DNA of 64,000 nucleotides from Eledone cirrhosa (Eukaryota): NCBI GenBank assembly GCA_964016885.1, contig OZ024747.1:84816001-84880000 (forward strand), written 5' to 3'. The notes beneath the pieces were generated by a model. That model worked only from the letters and a program-made list of their open reading frames with translations. It ran no database searches and was not told the DNA's origin. Both the position numbers and the translations under genes were made by a program. The first letter of the stretch is position 1; every line of letters starts with the position of its first letter. Positions 1 to 10,310 of the stretch are shown here, in pieces.

Positions 1-41
1 CAAGAAAAACCCACATCAGACGTGGGCAAAAGTATGGAACC

Positions 42-737
42 GTGGATGTGTTCTTTGAAACACCAGAGGAGGCTATAGAACACTCCATGGCCCCATTAAA
101 AAGTGACGACCTCACACTCGTCCCAAGCTATTGTGGCCAGAGACTCGTAAAGATCAGGGTGACCCACGTTCCACCGGCCATCGAAATTCCCTGGCTAATA
201 GCGGCTGTCCTCACCGGCATCGAAGCCAACACGAAAATAATAGCAGTAGCAAAAGAAAAGCAGGAAAACTGGTCCGGATCTGGGATGGAGCTCCTGATCC
301 AAGCGGACCAAAAAAGCATTGAGGAGATCCCAGAGGTAATAGACCTCACTGACGGCAGCCACCTCACGGTAATTGTCGAGGGCAGAAGACCTAGGTGTGT
401 CGTTTGTGGTGAAGGAACCCACCTAAGGGCTTTCTGCCCGCAGGCTAAAAGGTTGAGGCCACCTCTCCTACCCACCCCAGTGACAAAACCATCAACACCA
501 CCAGTAGCAGAGATGGCAGCAACAACTGTAGCAGCAACAACAGAAGCAACTATAACAGCAACAACCCCAGCAACAGTAGCAAAACCAACACCACTACCAC
601 CACCAGCAAAACCAACACCACCACCACCCAACGCTTCAGAACTAGCACCAGCGCCTACACCATCCACCACAACCAAAACTAACGGCTGTGGAGGATTTTC
701 CACTCCCCGGCCTATCACAACTGGAGACAGATTGTGA
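42..737 (+). CDS. Tx1 ORF1 N-terminal part (nucleic-acid-binding, zinc knuckle); frame is open back to the window start
   Basis: CVVCGEGTHLRAFC fits C-X2-C-X4-H-X4-C and is followed by a Pro/Thr-rich linker. No stop in this frame from position 3. Confidence 0.8.
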   Translation: MDVFFETPEEAIEHSMAPLKSDDLTLVPSYCGQRLVKIRVTHVPPAIEIPWLIAAVLTGIEANTKIIAVAKEKQENWSGSGMELLIQADQKSIEEIPEVIDLTDGSHLTVIVEGRRPRCVVCGEGTHLRAFCPQAKRLRPPLLPTPVTKPSTPPVAEMAATTVAATTEATITATTPATVAKPTPLPPPAKPTPPPPNASELAPAPTPSTTTKTNGCGGFSTPRPITTGDRL

Positions 738-1365
738 CGACGAGGAGTGGGAAACGATATCCGGAAAAAAAAAAAGAAACCAAAAAAGAAAAAATTCTCT
801 TCCTTCCCCCTCCAAAAACAAAATACAGAGGGAAACAAATAAACTAAGAAACAAAAAAGTTAGGACAGATATGCCACCATCCACACCAGCATCACCAACC
901 CCATCAACCCAAACACCAACACCATCACCATCATTATCCCCAGCACCACCATCACCTACACAACAAAAGTCACCAAAAAGCGAAACAGAAACAAACCCAC
1001 AACAAACGCAAACAAAACAAAACAACCAAAACGATACACACTACACAGCATTAAATTTGAACAACAAGCAATTATTACACTACATCCAACACAACACCAG
1101 CATCACAGAAAAAGACTACACAACAACCCCAAAATTCACACCACCTCCACACATACAAATCACTCGCATCACACAGAAAACGTACATGACACTAAAACAA
1201 AAATTCCCCAAAGACATCGGAGACTTCCGACAAGCACTCTCCAGGAGGATTTATAAGGACATCCTTCCTGAGGAGGCCACAAGCAGTGAAAAGGATGGAA
1301 AAGCCGTCCTTCCGAGAAGTAAGGTAAGTGGTCTTTCCCATCTTTTCCACTCCTTTTCAACATGA
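688..1365 (+). CDS. Tx1 ORF1 C-terminal part in the +1 frame
   Basis: Acidic then basic segment (DDEEWETISGKKKRNQKRK) typical of ORF1 tails. Its stop overlaps the ORF2 start (ATGA, 1362-1365). Confidence 0.6.
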   Translation: MEDFPLPGLSQLETDCDDEEWETISGKKKRNQKRKNSLPSPSKNKIQRETNKLRNKKVRTDMPPSTPASPTPSTQTPTPSPSLSPAPPSPTQQKSPKSETETNPQQTQTKQNNQNDTHYTALNLNNKQLLHYIQHNTSITEKDYTTTPKFTPPPHIQITRITQKTYMTLKQKFPKDIGDFRQALSRRIYKDILPEEATSSEKDGKAVLPRSKVSGLSHLFHSFST

Positions 1366-4300
1366 CCTCACTCAGAATAGGCAGCATAAATGCGCGTGGC
1401 TTGGGGTCGTCATGGAAGCAGGGCCACCTGCTCAACGACCTCAGGTCACTAAACATAGATGTAGTGGCCATCAGCGAGACCAGAATCTCCGAAGCACAGG
1501 CTTTCGCACCGATCTTCGGCGGCTACGATGTGTACGCATCTCCCAGCCGTCCGGGATCGGGGGGAGGAGTTGCTGTGCTTTTTCGGAGAGGTTTGGATCT
1601 TGCCATACGGGCCATCTTCCTGGACCCAGAAGGTAAGTTGGTGGTGCTGGACGTGACCAGCGGAGACGGGCAAGCTTTCAGGTTAGTGGCCGTCTATGCC
1701 CCGACAGGAGCAGGGCGGCCTGATTTCTTCCGGCGTCTGGAGACCTTTCTTGGAACGTCCCGCTCTTTAGTGTTAGTGGGCGACTGGAACGGGATCTTAG
1801 ATGCACGCTGGGATTGTGTGGGATTAGTGGATAGGGAAGGAGGGTGCAAGAGTCTCACCAACCTGCTCAGACGTTTTGAACTGTCTGACAGGTACCGAAT
1901 GGATTTCCCGAATGTACCAATGTGGACTTGGACAAATCGCATAGGGTCATCCAGATCATATCTAGATAGAGTATTTTGTAGGGAAATAGATAGGTCTAGC
2001 ATAGGCTGTCCACAATTCAAGATAGTCAGCTACACGGACCACAAATTCGTGATCTGTGTGCTTGACTTAGATAGGCTTCATAGACGAGGACCCGGCTACT
2101 GGAAGCTAAACGCGTCCTTACCAGCGCGCAAGGCCTACAGAGACCGGATTAGCGAACTAGTTAAGCGGGCGTTGACGGGGGCCATCGTCAACAACAAGTG
2201 GTGGTTTGCTCTGAAAAGAGCAATTAGAATAGAGTCCATTAGGTTTAGTAAGACTTTAGCAATAGAGAAAAATAGAGCAGAGGGAGAATTAGTTAGAAAA
2301 TTAGATGAGGCGCTTAGCAAAGGCATCGCGACCGACGTACTTGCGGCGAAATTGGCCCTTGACCAATTCTTCAATGCAAAGCACGAAGGCTGCGTTGTCA
2401 GAGCTAGGGTGCGTGCTCTCAGACACGAGGGGACGAAAGCCGTTGAATGGGCCCGAGTGGCGGAGGCGCGTCGTGGCAACAAAGCCACGATCCGGTCTTT
2501 GGTGGACCACGACGGGCGCATGCTACTCGATCCCGGGCAAATGTGTGAAGCTTTTCAGCGACACTTCGCTCAACTGTTCGGGGGCAGTGGCGGGCCGGAT
2601 CGAGGGATGGACTTTAGTGTCTACCTCGACGGACTGCCGCGGCTTTCGGCCACTGAGGCGGAGTGTTGCGAAAAGCCGATAACAACCGCTGAAGTACGGG
2701 ATGCAATGACTAGTTGCACAAGGGGCAAATCGCCTGGTTTGGATGGTCTGCCCTATGAACTTTACGTACAAATGCCAAACTTGTTCGGAGGCCTCTTGGC
2801 GGACGTCTACTGCAACTGGCAACAGAACGGGAGAATTCCCAGCTCTGTGAGCCGAGGAGCGGTGGCGCTGCTGAGAAAGGATCCGAACAAGGGGGATAAC
2901 ATAGATAATTTTAGGCCCATAACTCTGCTAAACACAGAGTTCAAGATTTTGGCCAAGGTGCTAGCAAAGAGGTTGGCGCTTGTCGTTGGTGGTCTGGTGG
3001 GAGAGGCACAGACATGCGCCATTCCCGACAGATCCATCCACGACAACCTCCACCTCATGCGATACATCGTAGAGAGGGTAGCTAGGGAACCTGGCACGGG
3101 TGGGTCTTTGATCAATTTAGATCAGTCGAAAGCCTTCGATAGGGTCGACCATCGTTACCTAGCGGCAGTCCTGAGGGCGGCTGGCTTTGGGCCCGTCTTC
3201 AGAGGCTGGATCGCTGCCATGCACAGCGACATCTGCTCTGTAGTGAGAGTGAACGGTCACCTTTCGGAACCGTTCAACATCATGCGCTCGGTCCGCCAAG
3301 GATGTCCCCTCTCGTCCCTATTGTACGTATTGACTCTCGAGCCATTACTGCACAAACTGGAGACGTTGAGGGGGGTCCCGCGCGAACTAGGATGCGGAAG
3401 ATCCGTGTCAGCATATGCCGACGATGTCACCGTAGTGGTGTCGAACGCCAAACACATCGAGGCGATCGGCACTACACTAAGAGAATACGAAGCGGTGACA
3501 GGAGCAATGATCAACCAGGAAAAGTCAGTGGGCCTGCAGCTCGGCACCTGGAGAGGCAGGTCCATGCCGTCCAACAGCGTCGTCGGGCGCTGGACGGACG
3601 GACCGGTTAAATTGCTAGGGGTCTGGTTCGGTCCAGACCTCCAGACGGACAAAAACTGGGACGAGGTGACGAGCAGGGTGGCTTCTCTCACCCAGAAATG
3701 GGCCGAGAGGAAGCTATCCCTAAAAGGTCGAGCGGAGGTGGCGAATGCGTACATCGCATCCGTCATCTACTACCGCCTGACCGTCGTACCTTGTCCTAAG
3801 CCCCGCCTGACTGCGCTGGAGCGTTTGCTCTTTCGCTTCTTGTGGAAGGGACGCGCTCCGATGGTCAGGCGGTCCATCTGCTGTCAACACCCGCTACGTG
3901 GAGGGCTGGGCATGCCGTGGCTGATGATGCGCAGACACGCGCTCAGGCTACGACATCTCCACCTCTTCCTCGACGGTGATCAGGTGTGGTCGCCGTTTGC
4001 AAGACACGTTTTTCCCCAGCTCGTCTCCTTGACGGAGCTGCAGTCCTGGGTCAAGCGAAGACCGAGAGGGAGCGCTTGGAGACTGGAATGTCTTCAGGCG
4101 CTCACAGCCCTCGACCAATCGGGCAATGTGATCGGTGGAAACTCCACCTTGGCGTTCTATAGGGGATTAGTGGAGGGGAAGAGCGACGACATACTTGGAG
4201 AAACTCTAGGCGTCGACGAAAATCAACTAGCCAATCTCTTCGGAAGGACTTTCGGGCCGGGGCCTATGGACAACTTCCAGAAATCCCTGGCCTGGCAGTG

Positions 4301-4781
4301 CTACCGAGGAGCTTTGCCAGTTCGGGATAAACTCTACAGGCATGGAGGTGCCGTCAGCCGGGCATGTCCGAGATGCGCGCAGGGCGACGAAACCGTCCTG
4401 CACGCACTCGTCCAGTGTCCGAGCATTGCTGACTTGTGGGTTTATGTCGAACACCTGCTGTCACGTGTAGGACGGATCCAGCTATCAGCTGAGTCCATCG
4501 TGAGGATTTCCCCACCCCCTTCCTTTAGCCTGGAAGGGCAGGCAGTTTTTATCTGTCTGGTGGCCATGGCGAAAGAGATAGTATGGTGGACACGTTTGAA
4601 AGGGCTGAAGACAAGCACTTACCTCTTCGGTGATGCCCTGATTAACTTTTTCAAATTTCATTTGAAAAGGAAAATCAGGGTAGAGAGGGAAGTGCTCTCT
4701 TCCCAGCATTTTGTTGAAAGATGGGTGAGAGAAGCAAGTATGGCCCGAATGAATGGGCCTTCTCTGAGTATGTGTCTGTAA
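1362..4781 (+). CDS. Tx1 ORF2: apurinic-like endonuclease, reverse transcriptase and C-terminal zinc-binding motif
   Basis: APE motifs (SINARGL, ISET, GDWN, YLDRV, TDH), RT motifs (KSPGLDG, FRPITLLN, DQSKAFDRV, RQGCPLS, YADDV) and CPRC...ETVLHALVQC. 1139 aa with no stop. Confidence 0.95.
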   Translation: MTSLRIGSINARGLGSSWKQGHLLNDLRSLNIDVVAISETRISEAQAFAPIFGGYDVYASPSRPGSGGGVAVLFRRGLDLAIRAIFLDPEGKLVVLDVTSGDGQAFRLVAVYAPTGAGRPDFFRRLETFLGTSRSLVLVGDWNGILDARWDCVGLVDREGGCKSLTNLLRRFELSDRYRMDFPNVPMWTWTNRIGSSRSYLDRVFCREIDRSSIGCPQFKIVSYTDHKFVICVLDLDRLHRRGPGYWKLNASLPARKAYRDRISELVKRALTGAIVNNKWWFALKRAIRIESIRFSKTLAIEKNRAEGELVRKLDEALSKGIATDVLAAKLALDQFFNAKHEGCVVRARVRALRHEGTKAVEWARVAEARRGNKATIRSLVDHDGRMLLDPGQMCEAFQRHFAQLFGGSGGPDRGMDFSVYLDGLPRLSATEAECCEKPITTAEVRDAMTSCTRGKSPGLDGLPYELYVQMPNLFGGLLADVYCNWQQNGRIPSSVSRGAVALLRKDPNKGDNIDNFRPITLLNTEFKILAKVLAKRLALVVGGLVGEAQTCAIPDRSIHDNLHLMRYIVERVAREPGTGGSLINLDQSKAFDRVDHRYLAAVLRAAGFGPVFRGWIAAMHSDICSVVRVNGHLSEPFNIMRSVRQGCPLSSLLYVLTLEPLLHKLETLRGVPRELGCGRSVSAYADDVTVVVSNAKHIEAIGTTLREYEAVTGAMINQEKSVGLQLGTWRGRSMPSNSVVGRWTDGPVKLLGVWFGPDLQTDKNWDEVTSRVASLTQKWAERKLSLKGRAEVANAYIASVIYYRLTVVPCPKPRLTALERLLFRFLWKGRAPMVRRSICCQHPLRGGLGMPWLMMRRHALRLRHLHLFLDGDQVWSPFARHVFPQLVSLTELQSWVKRRPRGSAWRLECLQALTALDQSGNVIGGNSTLAFYRGLVEGKSDDILGETLGVDENQLANLFGRTFGPGPMDNFQKSLAWQCYRGALPVRDKLYRHGGAVSRACPRCAQGDETVLHALVQCPSIADLWVYVEHLLSRVGRIQLSAESIVRISPPPSFSLEGQAVFICLVAMAKEIVWWTRLKGLKTSTYLFGDALINFFKFHLKRKIRVEREVLSSQHFVERWVREASMARMNGPSLSMCL

Positions 4782-5023
4782 ATTAAAGGTGGAAAACTGG
4801 GAGAGGGCACTTGCCCTGGTGGTCAGGGCCACTGTGGTCTTTTAATGGGCTTTCTCCACAAATGTCCCTTGGAAGTCTCCCCCCTATTGGGGAATTTTTC
4901 TTTGTTATTTTATTTCAACCTCTGTTTTTTTACACGCAGAAATGCCCATTTGTACCGTCCTGTATTGTCCTGTACTGTCCTTAATGTCTACTTTATGTGA
5001 ACCCTTGTGGTTAATAAAGAAAA

Positions 5024-5024
<1 letters not shown>

Positions 5025-5072
<48 letters not shown>
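5025..5072. repeat. (ATT)16 microsatellite at the Tx1 3' end
   Basis: Perfect ATT run directly after AATAAAGAAAAC. Confidence 0.95.
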
Positions 5073-5084
5073 TCATTTATCTTG

Positions 5085-6560
5085 CTTTATGTTCATACGA
5101 ATTATCACCAAGTCACAACCAGTGACCTCAAGAATGAACATCTGGTGAGTCCTAGTTAGCATTGCGCTGGAGGAAGAGGGCTCCCTCCTGGAAGTGAAAA
5201 GAATGCAGAGGGAGTCATGGTCCGGAACTTGTCTGTGGTTGCTATCCCAGATAAAACAGGCAATTGACAAGATCCCGGACCTGATCACCCTTCCAGGAGG
5301 AAAGGAAATGATGGTCTTCGTAGAAGAAAAAGACCCCACTACCATCTATTTGGCCAAACTACACATTTACGAGCTTTCTGCCATTTACAGAAGACGGTGG
5401 GTAACTGCACCGCAGAACAACTGCCAACACCAGAGCCCCAACAGCTACAGCAACTACAAGGACCAACAACAGTAGTCCAACACCAAAAGCTGCAGCAGCA
5501 CCCCCAGTGGCAGCTCCAGCAAAACCAACAACACCACCGGCAACAGCCACAGAACTACCACTACCAACAGCAAAAACAACTGCAATGACCACCAATACCA
5601 CCCAGAGGGCCCCCAAAGAAGCTCTCTCACTCCTCCTCTCGAATACAGACACACACACACATTGAAACCCATACACCCATACACACACTCCCACTCATAT
5701 CCGACACAAACACAGCAACCTTTTCATCTCTGAGCGAAGATAAGGAGGAACCTCAAAAACCTAAAAAAGAAAAAAGAAAACACAAGAAGAAATCTCACAC
5801 ACCAACACAAACAAAGAAGACACACTCGCACCAAACACACACATATTACAACACCGACCCCCGCAACAACACAACCGTCAACATAAACACCACCTCCACC
5901 AACAACACAACCACTAACACAAAGAACTAAACGAAAACTCACACAGCAGCAACTCACAACCACAACAGCTGTTATCGCGTGTGGGCCAGATCCGGCTGTC
6001 GACTGAGTCCATAATGAAAATCGCCACACCGCCTTATTTTGGCCGGGAAGGGCAGGCAGTTTTCCTCTGTCTGATAGCTTTAGCGAAAGAGATTTTGTGG
6101 TGGACGCGACTGAAAGGTCTGAAGACAGACACTTTCCTCTTCGGTCAAGCCCTCGTCAATTTTTTCAAGTTCCACTTGGAAAGGAAGATGAGGGTGGAGA
6201 GAAAAATGCTGCCCCCCCCCCCCCCCCACAACATTTTTTAAAAGATGGGTGATTATTGCAAGGCCCGTGTGAATGTGCCCACACTGAGCATGCGACTGTA
6301 GGCTAGAAAGATGGAAGGAGAGAGAGGGACGCACTCCTAGGGTGCCCTTGGAGATGAGAGTGAGATGGGATTTGTGGGGACCCTAATGTCACCCCTTAGT
6401 GGTACCTCCTCCCTATTGGGGAATTCTGTTGTTGATATTTTGTTAATTGTTTTGTTAATTTTTTACTCGATTGCATATAAACCTCCACTGTCCCAGTCTT
6501 TGTATTGTCCTCTATGTTCGGCCCTTGTAGCCAATAATAAAGAAATCATTATTATTATTA
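5085..6560 (+). mobile_element. Degenerate, internally deleted Tx1 copy (ORF1 remnant joined to the ORF2 C-terminus and 3' UTR)
   Basis: ESWSGT...IDKIPDLITLPGGKEMMVFVEE resembles ORF1 ENWSGS...IEEIPEVIDLTDGSHLTVIVEG. From ~5965 it matches the ORF2 end (EGQAVFLCLIALAKEILWWTRLKGLKT). Ends AATAAAGAAATC(ATT)n. Confidence 0.85.
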
Positions 6561-6569
6561 TAATTTATT

Positions 6570-6900
6570 TATATATTTGTTCGTCTATCGACACGTGTTA
6601 TAGATCGCTCTCGTAAGTTTGTGGTTATTCCCATTGTTATCCAACGTATTTTGAACATTTGATATTCTTTTATAGTTAAACTAACCAGTATCTTCGTTAG
6701 TTGGTTAGTTTCTCTTGACTTATAGCCCTTAGGGAGTAAACATGTGTTTGTTTTCGAAACACACCTCTCGATTTCTTTGAAAAATAAGATGGCGAACAAT
6801 GATTCTACTTCTGTAAGACAGAGCAACCTTGTCCGCTAGTTTGATGACTATGTCATCGGGGTTACGGAGAAAGCGGAGAGCAACGAGTTGGACTCGATGA
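6570..6900 (-). mobile_element. Probable 3' remnant of a Penelope-like element
   Basis: Minus-strand translation LCLTE...CFENKH resembles the end of Penelope GIY-YIG domains. A decayed hammerhead-like core follows (CTTACGA...AACACGTGTC). Confidence 0.35.
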
Positions 6901-6951
6901 TGTTGCTCCATTTGGAGCGGTAGCGGATACAAATATGAGATATCAAAACAT

Positions 6952-7451
6952 ATGTGCAGGGCAATGTTAATTGATGGAAGCTGTGGAGTGGGTAGACCAA
7001 GAAAAACCTGGGACGAGGTGATAAAAACTGACCTAGCCCACCTACGCCTCTCTAAGACAATGACACTGGATCGAGACCTTTGGCGCCATGCAGTTGTACA
7101 GGAGACCCGATTACCATTGCATACAAACCTACAGTCAGTAGGCACCTCTTAACCCAATATACACCCCACCGCCACACCCTGCCTCTCCCGTTCCTTCCAC
7201 TGTGTCGATGACACAACAGTCCACACTGTAAGGTGGCACTGTAGGAAACACGGTGAGAAGGTTCCCAGTCTACACTGTAAATGTGGTTGGTGTTAGGATG
7301 GGCATCCAGCTGTAAAAAAACCTGCCAGAGACGCTTCCGTGCGAGCGAGACATGGTCTCCCGACCACTCCCGCATCAAATGGAACAAAACCGTCTAACCC
7401 ATGCTAGCGTGGAAGATGGACGTTAAACGATGATGATGATGATGATGATGA
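6952..7451 (+). mobile_element. RTE-clade LINE 3' fragment with (GAT)n tail
   Basis: GVGRPRKTWDEVIKTDL...DRDLWR is an RTE C-terminus. The 3' UTR ends GGACGTTAAAC(GAT)n. Homologous to 46460-46930 and 39032-39430. Confidence 0.85.
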
Positions 7452-7679
7452 TATAGAGAGAAAGGCCCATATATCTATGAGAATACACTATATATTGAAC
7501 ATATACAGGGCACAAGAATATGTACTTATGATTGAACCAATAAAATTCCTGATAATACTATTTCATGTCTTGTAGAGTCGCAACCCCACAAAACGATCTA
7601 TGTAATCCATCATCGATCACAAACTAACGATTTTGGTTTTTGTTGAGTTGCTGAGACTACAGTCTCAGTACTCCTTGAC

Positions 7680-7801
7680 ATGTGTGTGTGTGTGTGCGAG
7701 TTGTGTGTGTGTGTCTGTGCATGTGTGTCTGTCCGTGTGTGTGTATGTGTGTGTGTGTGTGTGCGTGTGCGTGTGCGTGTGCGTGTGTGTGTGTGTGTGT
7801 G
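7680..7801. repeat. (TG)n / (TGCGTG)n compound microsatellite
   Basis: Directly visible. Confidence 0.9.
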
Positions 7802-7877
7802 GTGAAATATAAACACGTGTATTTCAGAGCATGGCTAATTTTAAAAAATCAATAATAAATAATTTTTTTTTTTTCAG

Positions 7878-8059
7878 GCCACCGATGGCTGATAAGTGCC
7901 AGTTCGATTTTAGGCCGGCTGTTTATCACTGCTTCTTTCGGAATTATTTATTTGTACACCTTGGAGTTATATCCAACTTGTATAAGAAATACTGCATTGG
8001 GTGCTTTGTCAACATTTGCTCGTGTTGGGGGTAGTTTAGCACCTTACACTATGAATATT
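7878..8059 (+). CDS. SLC22-family (organic cation transporter-like, MFS) internal exon
   Basis: Polypyrimidine-CAG acceptor and GTGAGT donor. Translates HRWLISASSILGRLFITASFGIIYLYTLELYPTCIRNTALGALSTFARVGGSLAPYTMNI, containing the ELYPTxxR signature. Confidence 0.9.
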
Positions 8060-8513
8060 GTGAGTATTTCACCAAACGCTTATTATATAGTCAATCATTA
8101 TTTTTATTTTTATTTTTTTGCCTTATTACTACCAGTTATGGAGGCCATACAGGTAAGTGTTAAATTGCCTAATTACTACCAGTTATGGAGGCTGTACAGG
8201 TGAATGTTAATTTGCCTTGCTTTTTGTTTACAATTATTAATTAAATTCAGAGGATATATCCTTTTGGTGAGTATTTTTTCATCCCGTCTAGACTGTTGTA
8301 TCTTGTTATTGAGTTTGACACTATTCTGCAGACTTGCTTAACTAAATTGAATGGAATGTATGTTTGGCATCAGATGATATAAACAAGAAGTATTATTGGG
8401 ACTCCGAGATTTGATGTATATGTTAGTTTCTGGCTTTGTGTTTCTTTTTGTTATTAGAAAATCTAAAAAGGGGAGTTCTTCATTACTGAATCCATACTGA
8501 GTTGTGTGTTAGA

Positions 8514-10066
8514 AATACCAATATACTTAACTATAGTGTATCAAATGAGATACCAATATACTTAACTATAGTGTATCAAATTAAATACCAATATAGTCAA
8601 CTATAGTGTATCAAATGAGATACCAATATACCCAACTATAGTGTATCAAATTAGATACCAATATACTCAACTATACTGTATCAAATGAGATACCAATATA
8701 CCCAACTATACTGTATCAAATGAGATACCAATATACCCAACCATAGTGTATCAAATTAGATACCAATATACCCAACTATAGTGTATCAAATTAGATACCA
8801 ATATACCCAACTATAGTGTATCAAATGAGATACCAATATACCCAACTATAGTGTATCAAATGAGATACCAATATACCCAACTATAGTGTATCAAATGAGA
8901 TACCAATATACCCAACTATAGTGTATCAAATGAGATACCAATATACCCAACTATACTGTATCAAATGAGATACCAATATACCCAACTATAGTGTATCAAA
9001 TGAGATACCAATATACCCAACTATACTGTATCAAATGAGATACCAATATACCCAACTATACTGTATCAAATGAGATACCAATATACCCAACTATAGTGTA
9101 TCAAATGAGATACCAATATACCCAACTATACTGTATCAAATGAGATACCAATATACCCAACTATAGTGTATCAAATGAGATACCAATATACCCAACTATA
9201 CTGTATCAAATGAGATACCAATATACCCAACTATAGTGTATCAAATGAGATACCAATATACCCAACCATAGTGTATCAAATTAGATACCAATATACCCAA
9301 CTATACTGTATCAAATGAGATACCAATATACCCAACTATAGTGTATCAAATGAGATACCAATATACCCAACCATAGTGTATCAAATTAGATACCAATATA
9401 CCCAACCATAGTGTATCAAATTAGATACCAATATACCCAACTATACTGTATCAAATGAGATACCAATATACCCAACTATAGTGTATCAAATGAGATACCA
9501 ATATACCCAACCATAGTGTATCAAATTAGATACCAATATACCCAACTATAGTGTATCAAATTAGATACCAATATACCCAACTATACTGTATCAAATGAGA
9601 TACCAATATACCCAACTATAGTGTATCAAATGAGATACCAATATACCCAACTATAGTGTATCAAATGAGATACCAATATACCCAACCATAGTGTATCAAA
9701 TTAGATACCAATATACCCAACTATAGTGTATCAAATGAGATACCAATATACCCAACTATACTGTATCAAATGAGATACCAATATACCCAACTATAGTGTA
9801 TCAAATGAGATACCAATATACCCAACTATAGTGTATCAAATGAGATACCAATATACCCAACCATAGTGTATCAAATTAGATACCAATATACCCAACTATA
9901 GTGTATCAAATTAGATACCAATATACCCAACCATAGTGTATCAAATTAGATACCAATATACCCAACTATACTGTATCAAATGAGATACCAATATACCCAA
10001 CTATAGTGTATCAAATGAGATACCAATATACCCAACTATACTGTATCAAATTAGATACCAATATAG
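8514..10066. repeat. 35-bp tandem minisatellite, ~44 copies, intronic
   Basis: Unit TACCAATATACCCAACTATAGTGTATCAAATGAGA with three recurrent variant positions. One more partial unit at ~10354-10394. Confidence 0.97.
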
Positions 10067-10068
10067 TG

Positions 10069-10310
10069 TCATCATCATCATCGTTTAACGTCTATTTTCC
10101 ACGCTAGCTTGGGTTAGATAGAAGTTGTCCCACTTGAGGCAAGATTGGTCGGGTGATCGTGTCTCGCTCGTATAGGACTATCTGGCAGGTTTTCTATAGT
10201 TGGATGCCCTTCCTAACATCAACCATGTTTACAGTGTGGACTGGGAGGTGTGACTTACACGGCCACATTACAGCGTGGACTGTGTGTTTTTTTTTTTGTT
10301 GTGACGCCTA
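10069..10310 (-). mobile_element. RTE-tail retroposon fragment near the end of the satellite
   Basis: (CAT)n-CGTTTAACGTC...TGGATGCCCTTCCTAAC is the reverse complement of the RTE 3' UTR at ~7270-7451. Confidence 0.8.

Larger units (their letters stand above)
1..5072 (+). mobile_element. Tx1/L1-clade non-LTR retrotransposon, near full length (5' end lies outside the window)
   Basis: Gag-like ORF1 with CCHC knuckle, then an uninterrupted ORF2 (APE endonuclease, RT, Cys/His motif), a ~240-bp 3' UTR, AATAAA at 5013-5018 and an (ATT)n tract. Confidence 0.93.

Noticed and set aside
128-3766. Antisense and alternative-frame ORFs over the Tx1 element
   Set aside because: Shadows of GC-rich or CA-rich coding sequence with no recognisable motifs.
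8514-10066. CRISPR-like array
   Set aside because: Units are contiguous with no unique spacers, there are no cas genes, and the context is a eukaryotic intron.
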